Shown: piece after piece, positions 17,462 through 27,109 of the stretch
Layout of the letters: each line of letters opens with the position of its first letter
How positions within the stretch are numbered: position 1 is the stretch's first letter
Assembly (NCBI GenBank): GCA_040400605.1
Contig: JBBAPZ010000006.1
Coordinates: forward strand, 9,385 to 73,384
Source: Candidatus Sericytochromatia bacterium
GTDB taxonomy: Bacteria > Cyanobacteriota > Sericytochromatia > S15B-MN24 > JAQBPE01
Direction: 5' to 3'
DNA: 64,000 nucleotides
The notes under the pieces: model-generated
Told to the model about the DNA's origin: nothing
Database searches by the model: none
What the model saw: only the letters and a program-made list of their open reading frames with translations
Program-made: the position numbers and the translations under genes

Positions 17462-18651
17462 CAAAAACGCTCTTCAGGTGGTGCGATTTCTTGCATTTGA
17501 ACCACCAGATTGCGAAATTCCGTGTTGCGCAAGTACACATCCAGGAAATGGCGATCGCGAGGGGTCAGTTGCACATTGGAAAAATCCAGCGGCAGGGTTG
17601 AGCGGGCAAAAACCAAAAAATCTTCTCGACCCTGCCCCGCACTCGCCGGGTGAAACCCCATACTGGGAAAATAGGCACAAGGCAGGAACTGGGCAGAGAG
17701 CGCAGCGCGTTGATGGGTGGGTTCATAAGCGCTAATCAACAACTCCATATAATCGACACCCAAATTGCGGGCTGTTTCAAACACGACGTGAAAAACGTGT
17801 TCGAGATGCTGCACCTCGGAACGATCAACTTTCAACCCCACCAACACACCATGACCATCCTTGCCTTCATAATTGATGAAGGCCTTGACCTCTCCACGAT
17901 CGGACATCAACAAGTGCGTCGGCGGATGGAACGGAAAAAAGTCAAGCAACAGCGCACCCTCGGATTGACATCTCCGATAAGCCTCTTCAACGAGTTCGCC
18001 CCGTTCGATGCGCAAGCGCAACCGATCCGGGACCGCGACGATTTCAGCCGGCTCAAGATTGTAGGACCGTCGAATGATGTCGTAAAATCCTTGCACCTCA
18101 GGTATCAGTTGAGGCAGCCGTCTGCGACTCTCAAACGCATCAGGGTGAAAATAAGCCTTGAGGCCATGGGTCTCGTAACTGCTGGTGCGATGCACATTCG
18201 GGAAAATTCCCAGACTCACGAACCCCAATTTCCGCAACAAGGTGTCAGGCCCCATCGTGCGGGTCCGGGTGGTTGCGTAAATGACATCGCAGGTGCGTGC
18301 GACCTCCATCAACTCGGCCAGCCCAGCCTTGATGCTCCGGTAAGCCAGATTTTCCCGGCGCCAGTCACGTTGGGTGACTGCGGCAAAAACCTTGCCGTGA
18401 CGCTGCGTGGCATCAACCAAAAAAATTACCGACCCAACGAGCTGACCTGACTCGGTTTCATTCACCAACCACAAACAATCCGGGTTTTGAAGCGCGGCCT
18501 CCCGCTGGGAACGCAAGTTGACGATCGGCAAGGTGTAATTGCCGTCATAGACACGATGATATAGCTGCCAAACCGCCTCTGCATCAGCGACGGTCGCGCG
18601 ACGCAAGGTCACCCGGCGGTTGTTTGAACAATCCAGTGTCGTGTGATCCAT
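17461..18651 (-). CDS. GNAT-domain protein (possibly two GNAT-like lobes)
   Basis: Motifs LRRATVADA, W.RR.NLA (acetyl-CoA motif-like) and LRKLGF. Stop overlaps the ligase start (TGATG). Confidence 0.7.
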   Translation of the reverse strand: MDHTTLDCSNNRRVTLRRATVADAEAVWQLYHRVYDGNYTLPIVNLRSQREAALQNPDCLWLVNETESGQLVGSVIFLVDATQRHGKVFAAVTQRDWRRENLAYRSIKAGLAELMEVARTCDVIYATTRTRTMGPDTLLRKLGFVSLGIFPNVHRTSSYETHGLKAYFHPDAFESRRRLPQLIPEVQGFYDIIRRSYNLEPAEIVAVPDRLRLRIERGELVEEAYRRCQSEGALLLDFFPFHPPTHLLMSDRGEVKAFINYEGKDGHGVLVGLKVDRSEVQHLEHVFHVVFETARNLGVDYMELLISAYEPTHQRAALSAQFLPCAYFPSMGFHPASAGQGREDFLVFARSTLPLDFSNVQLTPRDRHFLDVYLRNTEFRNLVVQMQEIAPPEERF

Positions 18652-18808
18652 GGGATGGAGTATAACAGGCCCGTTCGTCTCGTGCCGGGTTGAGCCGACA
18701 AATGTCACGCGTTCAAGCAAGGCATGATATAGTAACCCGGATTGGTTGTAGACGCCCGCCCGGCGCCAAAACCGGGCACGACATAAGAACGACTCAAGGA
18801 GTGCTGTG

Positions 18809-19771
18809 ATGGATGCCTTGCTGCAACGAGAGATGTATCGCCAAATGTTGCTTATCCGGCAGTTCGAAGAGAAATGTGCCGAATTGTATGCGGGTGCCAA
18901 AATTGGCGGGTTTTTGCATTTGTACATCGGCCAGGAGGCAGTTGCAGTCGGAGCGGTCAACGCGTTTGGCCCCGGGGATGACATCATTACCCATTATCGT
19001 GACCACGGCCATGCTTTGGCGCGCGGGTTGGAGTCCGGCCCCGTCATGGCTGAGTTGTGTGGCCGTGAGACAGGTGTGTGCAAGGGACGAGGTGGTTCGA
19101 TGCACATTGCGGATGTATCCCGACGGATGTGGGGAGGTTATGCGATTGTCGGCGGCCATCTGCCTTTGGCCGTGGGGTTGGCGCACGGTCACCAGTATCG
19201 CAAAACCGGCGGTGTCGTGGCTTGTTTCTTTGGCGATGCCTCAACAGACATTGGCGAGTTTCACGAGGCGATGAATTTTGCCGCGCTTTGGAAGTTGCCG
19301 TGTGTATTTATATGTGAAAACAATCTGTATGGGATGGGGGTGCCCATTACCATGAATTCAGCGGTTCAGCAGATTGTTGAGAAGGCCCGGGCCTATGGCA
19401 TGCCGTCTGAGCGAGTGGATGGCATGGACGTTGAGGCAGTGCATGCGGCGACGCTCAAGGCGATCGCCCATTGCCGCGCGGGGGATGGGCCTTATTTCCT
19501 GGAGACGATGACGTACCGTTTTCGGGGCCACTCAATGGCTGACCCGGAGTTATATCGAGATAAGGCGGAGGTTGAGGAGTGGAAACGAAAGGATCCGATC
19601 AACGCCTACCGCGCGTTGCTGCTGACGAAGAACGTTTTGTCAGAAGCTGACGCAGCCGAGATCGAAAGCAGCGTAACGGCCGAAGTTGAGGCGTGCGCGC
19701 GCTTTGCGCTTGAGAGCCCGTTTCCTGCAGAATCCAGTTTATACGATCACGTTTACGCCACACCTGTGTGA
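18809..19771 (+). CDS. pdhA: Pyruvate dehydrogenase E1 alpha
   Basis: Motifs GFLHLYIGQEA, GRGGSMH, TPP motif GD...ENN and TYRFRGHSMADP. Confidence 0.95.
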   Translation: MDALLQREMYRQMLLIRQFEEKCAELYAGAKIGGFLHLYIGQEAVAVGAVNAFGPGDDIITHYRDHGHALARGLESGPVMAELCGRETGVCKGRGGSMHIADVSRRMWGGYAIVGGHLPLAVGLAHGHQYRKTGGVVACFFGDASTDIGEFHEAMNFAALWKLPCVFICENNLYGMGVPITMNSAVQQIVEKARAYGMPSERVDGMDVEAVHAATLKAIAHCRAGDGPYFLETMTYRFRGHSMADPELYRDKAEVEEWKRKDPINAYRALLLTKNVLSEADAAEIESSVTAEVEACARFALESPFPAESSLYDHVYATPV

Positions 19772-19827
19772 TTTGCAGCCAGGACCATTCGGCCCGATTG
19801 GTCGACATACGAGAGGATTGAGGCACC

Positions 19828-20796
19828 ATGCCAATCATCACCTATCGCGAAGCGTTAAGACAGGCGATTCAAGAAGAAATGCGCCAAGATCCCGGGGTTT
19901 GGATTTTGGGTCAGAACATCGCGGCCTACGGGGGGACCTACGCGGTAACCAAGGGGCTGTTTGAGGAATTCGGAGCGGAACGGGTGCGCGATACGCCGAT
20001 TGCAGAAGCGGGTATCATCGGCATGGCGATAGGCTCGGCGATGAACGGAACGCGTCCGATTGCGGAGATTATGAGCATCAACTTCACGTTGGTGGCAATT
20101 GATCAGATCATCAACCATGCGGCGAAACTGCATTACATGTTTGGGGGCCAGTGGTCGGTGCCGATGGTGATTCGCACGGCCAGCGGCTATGGTCAGTTAT
20201 CGGCAACCCACTCTCAGACATTTGAAAACTTTTATGCATACATTCCAGGTCTCAAGGTTGTGATGCCGGCGACGCCCTATGATGCGAAGGGCATGCTCAA
20301 AGCGGCTATCCGTGACAACGATCCGGTCATGTTCATTGAGCATTCCAACTTATACGGCATCAAAGGTGAGGTGCCCGAAGGCGATTATGTGGTGCCTTTG
20401 GGCCGTTCGGATGTCAAGCGCGCGGGGACTGATGTCACCGTTGTTGCGTATTCCAGCATGTTGAAGCCGACTTTGCAGGTAGCAGAGGAGCTTCAAGGGC
20501 AAGGGGTGTCAGTTGAGGTGGTGGACCTGCGCTCGTTGCGTCCATTGGATCTGGCGCCAATTGTCGCTTCGGTGAAGAAAACCAACCGTCTGGTTGTCGT
20601 TGAGGAAGGCTGGCGGTCCTACGGTGTGGGTGCCGAGGTTTTGGCGAGTGTGCAAGAGCAGGCTTTTGACTGGTTGGATGCGCCGATACAGCGGGTGGCG
20701 GGTAAGGAGGTTCCGATGCCCTATGCGAAGAATCTCGAAAAGCTTTGTGTGCCGTCAGAGGCTGATATTGAGGCCGCAATTCGCGCAGTGCTTTAG
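19828..20796 (+). CDS. pdhB: Pyruvate dehydrogenase E1 beta
   Basis: Motifs DTPIAE, DQIINHAAK, HSQ and VVDLRSLRPLD. Confidence 0.95.
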   Translation: MPIITYREALRQAIQEEMRQDPGVWILGQNIAAYGGTYAVTKGLFEEFGAERVRDTPIAEAGIIGMAIGSAMNGTRPIAEIMSINFTLVAIDQIINHAAKLHYMFGGQWSVPMVIRTASGYGQLSATHSQTFENFYAYIPGLKVVMPATPYDAKGMLKAAIRDNDPVMFIEHSNLYGIKGEVPEGDYVVPLGRSDVKRAGTDVTVVAYSSMLKPTLQVAEELQGQGVSVEVVDLRSLRPLDLAPIVASVKKTNRLVVVEEGWRSYGVGAEVLASVQEQAFDWLDAPIQRVAGKEVPMPYAKNLEKLCVPSEADIEAAIRAVL

Positions 20797-20840
20797 CGCC
20801 AGACACATATCAGGCGCGACAGAAAACTTGGAGGGATGAG

Positions 20841-22070
20841 ATGGCAACCGAAGTTTCGATGCCCAAGATGGGCTATGATATGGAGTCCGGCAAGATCCTC
20901 AGGTGGTTGAAGCAGGAGGGTGACCCTGTTGCCAAGGGTGATGCGATCGCTGAGATTGAAACCGATAAGGTTGCGATTGAAATCGAAGCGTTTGCGAGTG
21001 GGATACTCGCACGCATTCTGGTTCCTGCGGGGGCTGATGCGCCGGTGGGCTCGCCGATCGGATGGATTGCACAACCCGGGGAAGCGCTGCCTGATGCGGG
21101 GGCATTGCCTGTCGCAGCCACGCCAAGTGTGGTTGAGACGTCGGAAGTCAAAGTGATCCTGGCTGGCGAATCCGCAAGCGCTTCCGCAGCGACAGCAGAC
21201 GGTGAGCGCATCAAGGCGTCACCGCTGGCGCGGCGGATTGCTCAGGATCGCAGCATTGATCTGGGGTCGATCAGTGGTACCGGTCCAGGTGGTCGGATCG
21301 TCAAACGGGACGTAGAGGCGTTTGCAGCACCAGTTGTTGCGCTTGAGGCGAGTTCTCCGGTTCCCGCATCGGTGAGTGCGATTGCCGGCGGGGTTGTGAA
21401 GCCCTTCAGCGCCATGCGGAAAGCCATCGCGAGGCGGATGGTGGAGTCCAAGTCACCAGTTCCGCATTTTTATGTGACCATGGCCGTTTTGATGGATGAA
21501 GCGTTAGCATTGCGACAGCGTATTAATGAAAAGCTTGCCAAAGAGGATCGGATTTCAGTCAATGATCTGATCATCAAGGCTTGTGCGGCGGCGCTTCGCA
21601 AACACCCTGGTTTGCAGGCGGTGTATACGCCCGAAGGCTTGCAACACCCGGATACCGTTTCAATCAGTGTTGCGGTTGCGCTCGAGGATGGATTGATTGC
21701 GCCTGACATTCACGATGCGGATATCAAATCTGTGGGGGCGATCGGGAAAGAGGTGCGTGACAAAGCTGCGCGAGCGCGTTCAGGCGGTTTGTCGCCGGAG
21801 GAATACGGACGGGGTACCTTTACGGTTAGCAACCTGGGCATGTATGGGGTGGAGTCGTTCACTGCCATCATCACCTTGCCTCAGAGTGCAGCGATCGCCG
21901 TGGGCGCCGTTGCCGCCGAGGCGGTCGTGAAAGATGGTCAGCTTGCAATCGGGCAGGTCATGCGCTTTACCGTGTCAGCGGATCACCGCATCACGGATGG
22001 CGCTGGCAGTGCGCAATTTGCAGCCGAAGTGAAGCGGCTGCTTGAGAATCCCTATCAACTGCTCCTGTAG
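20841..22070 (+). CDS. pdhC: Dihydrolipoamide acetyltransferase E2
   Basis: Single lipoyl domain (ETDK), PSBD (ASPLARR..GTGPGGRI) and catalytic DHRITDG. Confidence 0.95.
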   Translation: MATEVSMPKMGYDMESGKILRWLKQEGDPVAKGDAIAEIETDKVAIEIEAFASGILARILVPAGADAPVGSPIGWIAQPGEALPDAGALPVAATPSVVETSEVKVILAGESASASAATADGERIKASPLARRIAQDRSIDLGSISGTGPGGRIVKRDVEAFAAPVVALEASSPVPASVSAIAGGVVKPFSAMRKAIARRMVESKSPVPHFYVTMAVLMDEALALRQRINEKLAKEDRISVNDLIIKACAAALRKHPGLQAVYTPEGLQHPDTVSISVAVALEDGLIAPDIHDADIKSVGAIGKEVRDKAARARSGGLSPEEYGRGTFTVSNLGMYGVESFTAIITLPQSAAIAVGAVAAEAVVKDGQLAIGQVMRFTVSADHRITDGAGSAQFAAEVKRLLENPYQLLL

Positions 22071-22152
22071 CCTCGGGCACGTGGTAACGATGACATCACG
22101 AGTGGTTGGCAACATTGTTTGCCGCTTGAAATCCGTTGTGTTTTAGCAGGCT

Positions 22153-22180
22153 ACCCGGATGGCGCGGCGCGCATCCGGGT
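22153..22180. terminator. Strong hairpin between pdhC and lpdA (weak terminator or stability element)
   Basis: ACCCGGATG-10 nt-CATCCGGGT with only a weak U-tract (CTTCT). Confidence 0.4.
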
Positions 22181-22321
22181 CTTCTACAGGCTTGTATTGA
22201 TTGGTAATCGGATTGTTGGCTTTCGCTGAACATCCGCGTTCGCGTCAGCTGTTTTTTTGCACTTGTTGCGCAAGTTTTGATGAGAAACCTTTGCGTCATT
22301 GTATAGAAAGGCGATAGACAC

Positions 22322-23698
22322 ATGACACGCGTCATTATACTTGGCGGAGGGCCTGGTGGTTATGTCGCAGCCATTCGGGCGGCGCAACTGGGTTTGGATG
22401 TCACCCTCATCGAGCGGGAGTGGCTCGGTGGGGTGTGTCTCAACTGGGGCTGCATTCCAACCAAGGCCTTGTTGCGGAACGCCGAGGTGTTGTCGTTGTT
22501 TCGTCATGCCAGGGATTGGGGCGTGCAGATCGAGGGGCTGCAGGCTGATTTTGGCCTGGCATTTGACCGCTCCCGGCAAGTGGCTGACAAACTCGTCAAA
22601 GGCATTCATTATCTGATGAAGAAGAATAAAATCAAGGTGGTAATGGGTACCGCGACGTTACGCTCTGCGAGTGAAGTAGCTGTCGGGGAGACGGTTTATC
22701 GTGCCGATCACATCATTCTCGCCGTGGGGGCTCGCCCACGCTTGCTGCCCGGTATGGTCGCCGATGGCGTGAAGGTTGTAACGAGCCGCGAAGCGTTGCT
22801 GGATAACCGTACCGCGCCTGCCTCCATCGTGATTTTGGGTGGTGGGGCGATCGGCTGTGAATTCGCCTATGTTTATCGCAGTTACGGGGCACAGGTCACC
22901 TTGGTTGAGATGCGAGACCATTTGTTACCCAATGAAGATGCCGAGAGCTCTGGCGTGCTGGAAAAAGCGTATGCCAAAGACGGTATCGCCCTTGAACTCG
23001 GTGCGGCCTATCAATCGCATGAAGTGACGGCAACCGGTGTCAAAGTAAATGTCAAACGGGCGAACGGTGAGCTTGTAACCGTCAACGCCGAGCGCATGTT
23101 GGTAGCGCTTGGCATCAGTGCCAATACGGAGCACCTCGGTCTTGAAGCATTGGGTGTTCAGACGGCGCGTGGTTTCATCCAGGTGGATGATCACATGCGC
23201 ACGAATGTGCCGGGCATCTGGGCAATCGGCGATTGCAACGGCAAGCTCGGTTTGGCGCACGTCGCATCGGCCCAGGGGGTCGTGGCCGTTGAAACGATCG
23301 CAGGCCATCATCCGCCCGCATTACGTTATGAGGATATGCCGCGTTGTACGTATTGTCATCCGCAGGTCGCAAGTTTGGGACTGACTGAGGCGCAGGCGCG
23401 TGAAGCCGGTTTCGATGTCCGTGTGGGGCGTTTCCCATTGTCAGCAAATGGAAAGGCGTTGGCCTTGGGCGATACGAATGGGCAAGTCAAAGTGGTGGTT
23501 GATGGGCGCTATGGTGAGTTGTTGGGCGTGCACATGGTGGGCCCTGATGTGACGGAACTCTTGCCTGAGTTTGGTCTCGCGCGTCAGGCTGAAGCAACGG
23601 TGCACGAATTTGAATACAGTGTCCATGCGCATCCAACCTTGTCGGAGGCTTTGCATGAAGCGGTATTGGATGCAATGGGGCAGGCCATTCATATTTAA
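22322..23698 (+). CDS. lpdA: Dihydrolipoyl dehydrogenase E3
   Basis: Motifs GGGPGG, GGVCLNWGCIPTK, GGGAIG and HAHPTLSE. Confidence 0.97.
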   Translation: MTRVIILGGGPGGYVAAIRAAQLGLDVTLIEREWLGGVCLNWGCIPTKALLRNAEVLSLFRHARDWGVQIEGLQADFGLAFDRSRQVADKLVKGIHYLMKKNKIKVVMGTATLRSASEVAVGETVYRADHIILAVGARPRLLPGMVADGVKVVTSREALLDNRTAPASIVILGGGAIGCEFAYVYRSYGAQVTLVEMRDHLLPNEDAESSGVLEKAYAKDGIALELGAAYQSHEVTATGVKVNVKRANGELVTVNAERMLVALGISANTEHLGLEALGVQTARGFIQVDDHMRTNVPGIWAIGDCNGKLGLAHVASAQGVVAVETIAGHHPPALRYEDMPRCTYCHPQVASLGLTEAQAREAGFDVRVGRFPLSANGKALALGDTNGQVKVVVDGRYGELLGVHMVGPDVTELLPEFGLARQAEATVHEFEYSVHAHPTLSEALHEAVLDAMGQAIHI

Positions 23699-23824
23699 GT
23701 TCCCGCATTTCAATTGAGGGCGTGTGCGTCTTGACGTGACGCCCTCTGCTGATCGCGCGTCCCCAGCGTGATTGGCTGAACCGAGGCGTTTTTGTGCTGA
23801 TGGCGTCGTGGTCCGGACGGGTTT

Positions 23825-24823
23825 TCAGCGTGAGATGTCCATCAAGACACGCTGAGCGAGATCAGCGCCGCTCAGATAGGCCGCTTCAACCTTTTGGTCG
23901 ATGCACCAGTCACCTGCCACGCCGAGATGTCTCAGCGGGTCATACGCGCTTGGGACACCCAATGGTTTGGTGGCTCGGGCATAGCGCCAGCGATGGGCGA
24001 TCGCCTCCGTGACGGCTGGCAACCTGTTTGCTAACTGTGATTCCCATTCCGCCAGAAGCTGAGCAATGATCCAGTGGGGTTCGGCCTCCAGATGGTCTTC
24101 GGACCAACGGGCATTGGCGTGGAGGACCCAGCAGGGATCGGATTTGCGGCCGGGCTTGGATGCGTTGTTGGCAATCCAGCCAAGGGGCGACCGCCCGATG
24201 ATATGCGCGGCGTCGTAAGGGACCTCCGGCGTGCGCTCAAAGGCCACCATAACCGCCCAGCAAGGCATCATCACGACCTGTGAAAGACTTGTGGAAAATT
24301 CGAACTGATGCGGTGCTAAAAGCGCAAGTGCCTGCGGTGCCGGCGTGCAAATCAACACGTCCGTAAAAGGACCCGCATCGTCGTGAGCACCCAACAACCA
24401 CCACAGACCGGAACGCTCAACCAATCCGGTCACCGTCCAGCCGGTGTGAAGAACCAAACCGGCTCCAAGCTGATGAGCCAAATGGTTCATACCCGGCACG
24501 GCCACCCAATGCGTACGGGTACGGTGCGTGACTTGGCCATCGTGTTCAATGCGAACGATGCGCCCCTGCCACGGCAAGACCCATCCCGCCTCATGCCACG
24601 CCGTAATCGCCTGTTGGAAGCGTTGATCGACAGCCGTCATGTACTGGGCGCCATGATCAAACTGATGGTCAAGCGGACTACGCCGGGTCGCCAGCCGGCC
24701 ACCCGTTTTAAAACCCTTGTCGAAGAGTACCACCCCGATGCCAGCATCCTGCAAATGACGCGCACAAGTCAACCCTGCAACACCCGCGCCAAGGACAGCA
24801 ACACATCGTGAAGGCCCGGTCAT
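23825..24823 (-). CDS. Renalase-like FAD/NAD(P)-dependent oxidoreductase
   Basis: Motifs GAGVAG, GGRLATRR, FDHGAQY, HRWRYA and GDWC...VEAAYLSG. Confidence 0.9.
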   Translation of the reverse strand: MTGPSRCVAVLGAGVAGLTCARHLQDAGIGVVLFDKGFKTGGRLATRRSPLDHQFDHGAQYMTAVDQRFQQAITAWHEAGWVLPWQGRIVRIEHDGQVTHRTRTHWVAVPGMNHLAHQLGAGLVLHTGWTVTGLVERSGLWWLLGAHDDAGPFTDVLICTPAPQALALLAPHQFEFSTSLSQVVMMPCWAVMVAFERTPEVPYDAAHIIGRSPLGWIANNASKPGRKSDPCWVLHANARWSEDHLEAEPHWIIAQLLAEWESQLANRLPAVTEAIAHRWRYARATKPLGVPSAYDPLRHLGVAGDWCIDQKVEAAYLSGADLAQRVLMDISR

Positions 24824-24924
24824 GAGCAGCCAACTTTCAACTCTGAAACATACCGTTACAAGGCCCGGCCAACGCCCATTGGCCTTGATTGATTTTGACT
24901 CACGGGGGTTGTCAGGCTCTCCCC

Positions 24925-25728
24925 TTATAGCTCATCCAAGCTGTCGCCACCTTTTTTCTCGACCGGTTTGGGCAATTCAGGCGCTGCCTGAACGGGAGCA
25001 GCCACCGGCAAGTCAGGCGCTTTTTGGGGTGCAGCGATGCTCTTCTCGATTACGGGTGCCGAACCATTGGGAACTGAGCGGCTCGAAGACGCCTTGGATG
25101 GTTGTATCGGCACTTCAGTTTTCTGTTCCTTCTGGTAAATATCATCCAATCCGTGAGCGTCGGTTTGACCGCCGTCTGAACGACCAACGGCCGTGTATGT
25201 ACCTTGCGTACTGGCGAGGAACGGCAGGATATGATCGCGCCCTTTCACTTTGGCCACATCAAATGGCGAAATCTTGGCTGAGGATTTGGTCAAGGGGTCC
25301 GCACCACGCCTCAGTAAAAATCGAACCACCTCCGGCCGATTTTCGTGAATGGCCCAATGCAAAGCCGTATAACCACTGTAGTCTTCCAAACGAAGATCGG
25401 CTTCGTGATCAAGCAAATAGCGCACCATCTGCATATTGCCGAGTTGCGACGCACGAATGAGCGGCGTTCGACCAAAGCCATCCCGCGTGTTGATGTCAAC
25501 GCCCCGATCAAGAAGATTTTGGGCGATCAACACCATGCCGTGTTCCGAAGCACCACTCAAGGTATGCCGCTCTGCGACGATGGAATAATCCCGCCCGAAT
25601 AATTGCTCGATCCAACTCGGCGGACGATCGTTCTCATCCTCCGCTGCGATCGCAACCGATCCGAATCCAGATCCGACGGCGACAGCCATTGACAAAACCA
25701 TACCGTGCACAAAATGCTTGGGTCTCAT
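24925..25728 (-). CDS. Secreted ankyrin-repeat protein
   Basis: Signal peptide ending AIA-AE; ankyrin motifs GRTPLIRA, GYTALHWA and GAD; low-complexity C-terminal tail. Confidence 0.85.
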   Translation of the reverse strand: MRPKHFVHGMVLSMAVAVGSGFGSVAIAAEDENDRPPSWIEQLFGRDYSIVAERHTLSGASEHGMVLIAQNLLDRGVDINTRDGFGRTPLIRASQLGNMQMVRYLLDHEADLRLEDYSGYTALHWAIHENRPEVVRFLLRRGADPLTKSSAKISPFDVAKVKGRDHILPFLASTQGTYTAVGRSDGGQTDAHGLDDIYQKEQKTEVPIQPSKASSSRSVPNGSAPVIEKSIAAPQKAPDLPVAAPVQAAPELPKPVEKKGGDSLDEL

Positions 25729-25961
25729 TGGAAGGAGCCTCACGCGCCAAAAAAAGCCTTTAACCAAGCAGACAAGGAAGCCAGGCTGCCCGCTCTAGTT
25801 ATACCCGGCTTGCGACTTCTATCACAAATCGGCCCAATTGTGACGATGGTCATCCCGACGAACAGTCAGCCACTTTGCGGCAGAATCCCGAAAACGGGAC
25901 GCAGATGCCCATCGTCTCGAGCCGCAACATTCAAATAACTGAACTGAACGTGTTGGGCGAC

Positions 25962-26888
25962 TTAAGCGTCGCTTCCGTCCGAAACGGTGACCCCATGCCA
26001 AGGCATGGCCCGGTTATCGCTGGCTGCGAAGCCTTCTTGACTGATACCGATGATGCCAATGTCAATTTCTGCCGGAAACCGCGCCACGCCCGCATCCAGT
26101 GCGTGTTGAAGCGGCACTCCGCGCGCGATCTCATCATAAACGCTCTTTGCCAGAAACTCACGGACGATCGCTTCACCGATACCGGTAACGGCAATGGCAC
26201 CGTGCGTGCCGGCGTAAAAACCACACCCGACGATTGGCGTATCGCCGACCCGGCCGTAAAGCATCGGCGAACTGCCGCCTGTGGAACTGGCCACCGCAAA
26301 ATGGCCATGTTGATCACGCGTCACCACGCCAATCGTACTGCTCCCGTGCTGCTTGATCACCTCTGACCAATGCGCCGCGAAGTTCCAGTGCCCCAAAAAG
26401 TCAAACTGACGCCACTCATCGGGAAAATCATAGGCTTGATCAGCTTGCAATGCCGCAAGCACTTCCCGGTGGATGCGCCGCGCCCGTTCGCTCACGACGT
26501 GGTGGACATCGTGTCCAAGCACGCGGGCAAACGCCTCTGCGCCCTCGCCAACCATCAGCCAGTGTGGTGTGTCAGCAACCGCCTTGGCAATCTTAACCGG
26601 ATTCTTGACGCGCTGCAGGGCGGCGACTGCACCCAGTTTGCCCCGACTGTCCATCACCGCTGCGTCCATCTCGACCGTCTTGCCGTCCATACGCAGGCTG
26701 GAACCGGAACCCGCATTGAAGCGACCATCATCTTCCAGACAGACTGCTGCGGCAATGGCTGCATCCAACGCGTCACCACCTGCGCGAAGCAAGTCAAGCC
26801 CGACTTCAGCAGCTGCGATGCAGCCGTCGAGATGCGCTCGGGTATTACCAACCCCGCCGTGCAGAACCAGGCTGATCGGAGATTTCAC
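25962..26888 (-). CDS. iaaA: Isoaspartyl peptidase/L-asparaginase (Ntn-hydrolase)
   Basis: Motifs HGG, LED..FNAG.GS, EMDAA, nucleophile S-TIG, STGG, GRVGDTP and TGIGE. Confidence 0.9.
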   Translation of the reverse strand: MKSPISLVLHGGVGNTRAHLDGCIAAAEVGLDLLRAGGDALDAAIAAAVCLEDDGRFNAGSGSSLRMDGKTVEMDAAVMDSRGKLGAVAALQRVKNPVKIAKAVADTPHWLMVGEGAEAFARVLGHDVHHVVSERARRIHREVLAALQADQAYDFPDEWRQFDFLGHWNFAAHWSEVIKQHGSSTIGVVTRDQHGHFAVASSTGGSSPMLYGRVGDTPIVGCGFYAGTHGAIAVTGIGEAIVREFLAKSVYDEIARGVPLQHALDAGVARFPAEIDIGIIGISQEGFAASDNRAMPWHGVTVSDGSDA

Positions 26889-27109
26889 AACGCCTACCCT
26901 TCATTTGGACTTTTACAACGGGCCAGTATAGCATGGTTTACTTAACGTGGTAACGGTCACAATGACGGGTGCGCCTTGCGATAGACGGCACCGTCACTTG
27001 CTCGCTTGTGGGCTGATGATTGCACGTTGATGGCAGGCCCGCGGGATCGAACCAGCGAGCGGCGGCGTTGCATCGGGATTGCCGATGTCGGGATTGAGGA
27101 GGCCTCATT

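Noticed and set aside
17461..18987. 508-aa version of the GNAT ORF
   Set aside because: It would overlap pdhA on the opposite strand. ATG 18651 is the more plausible start.
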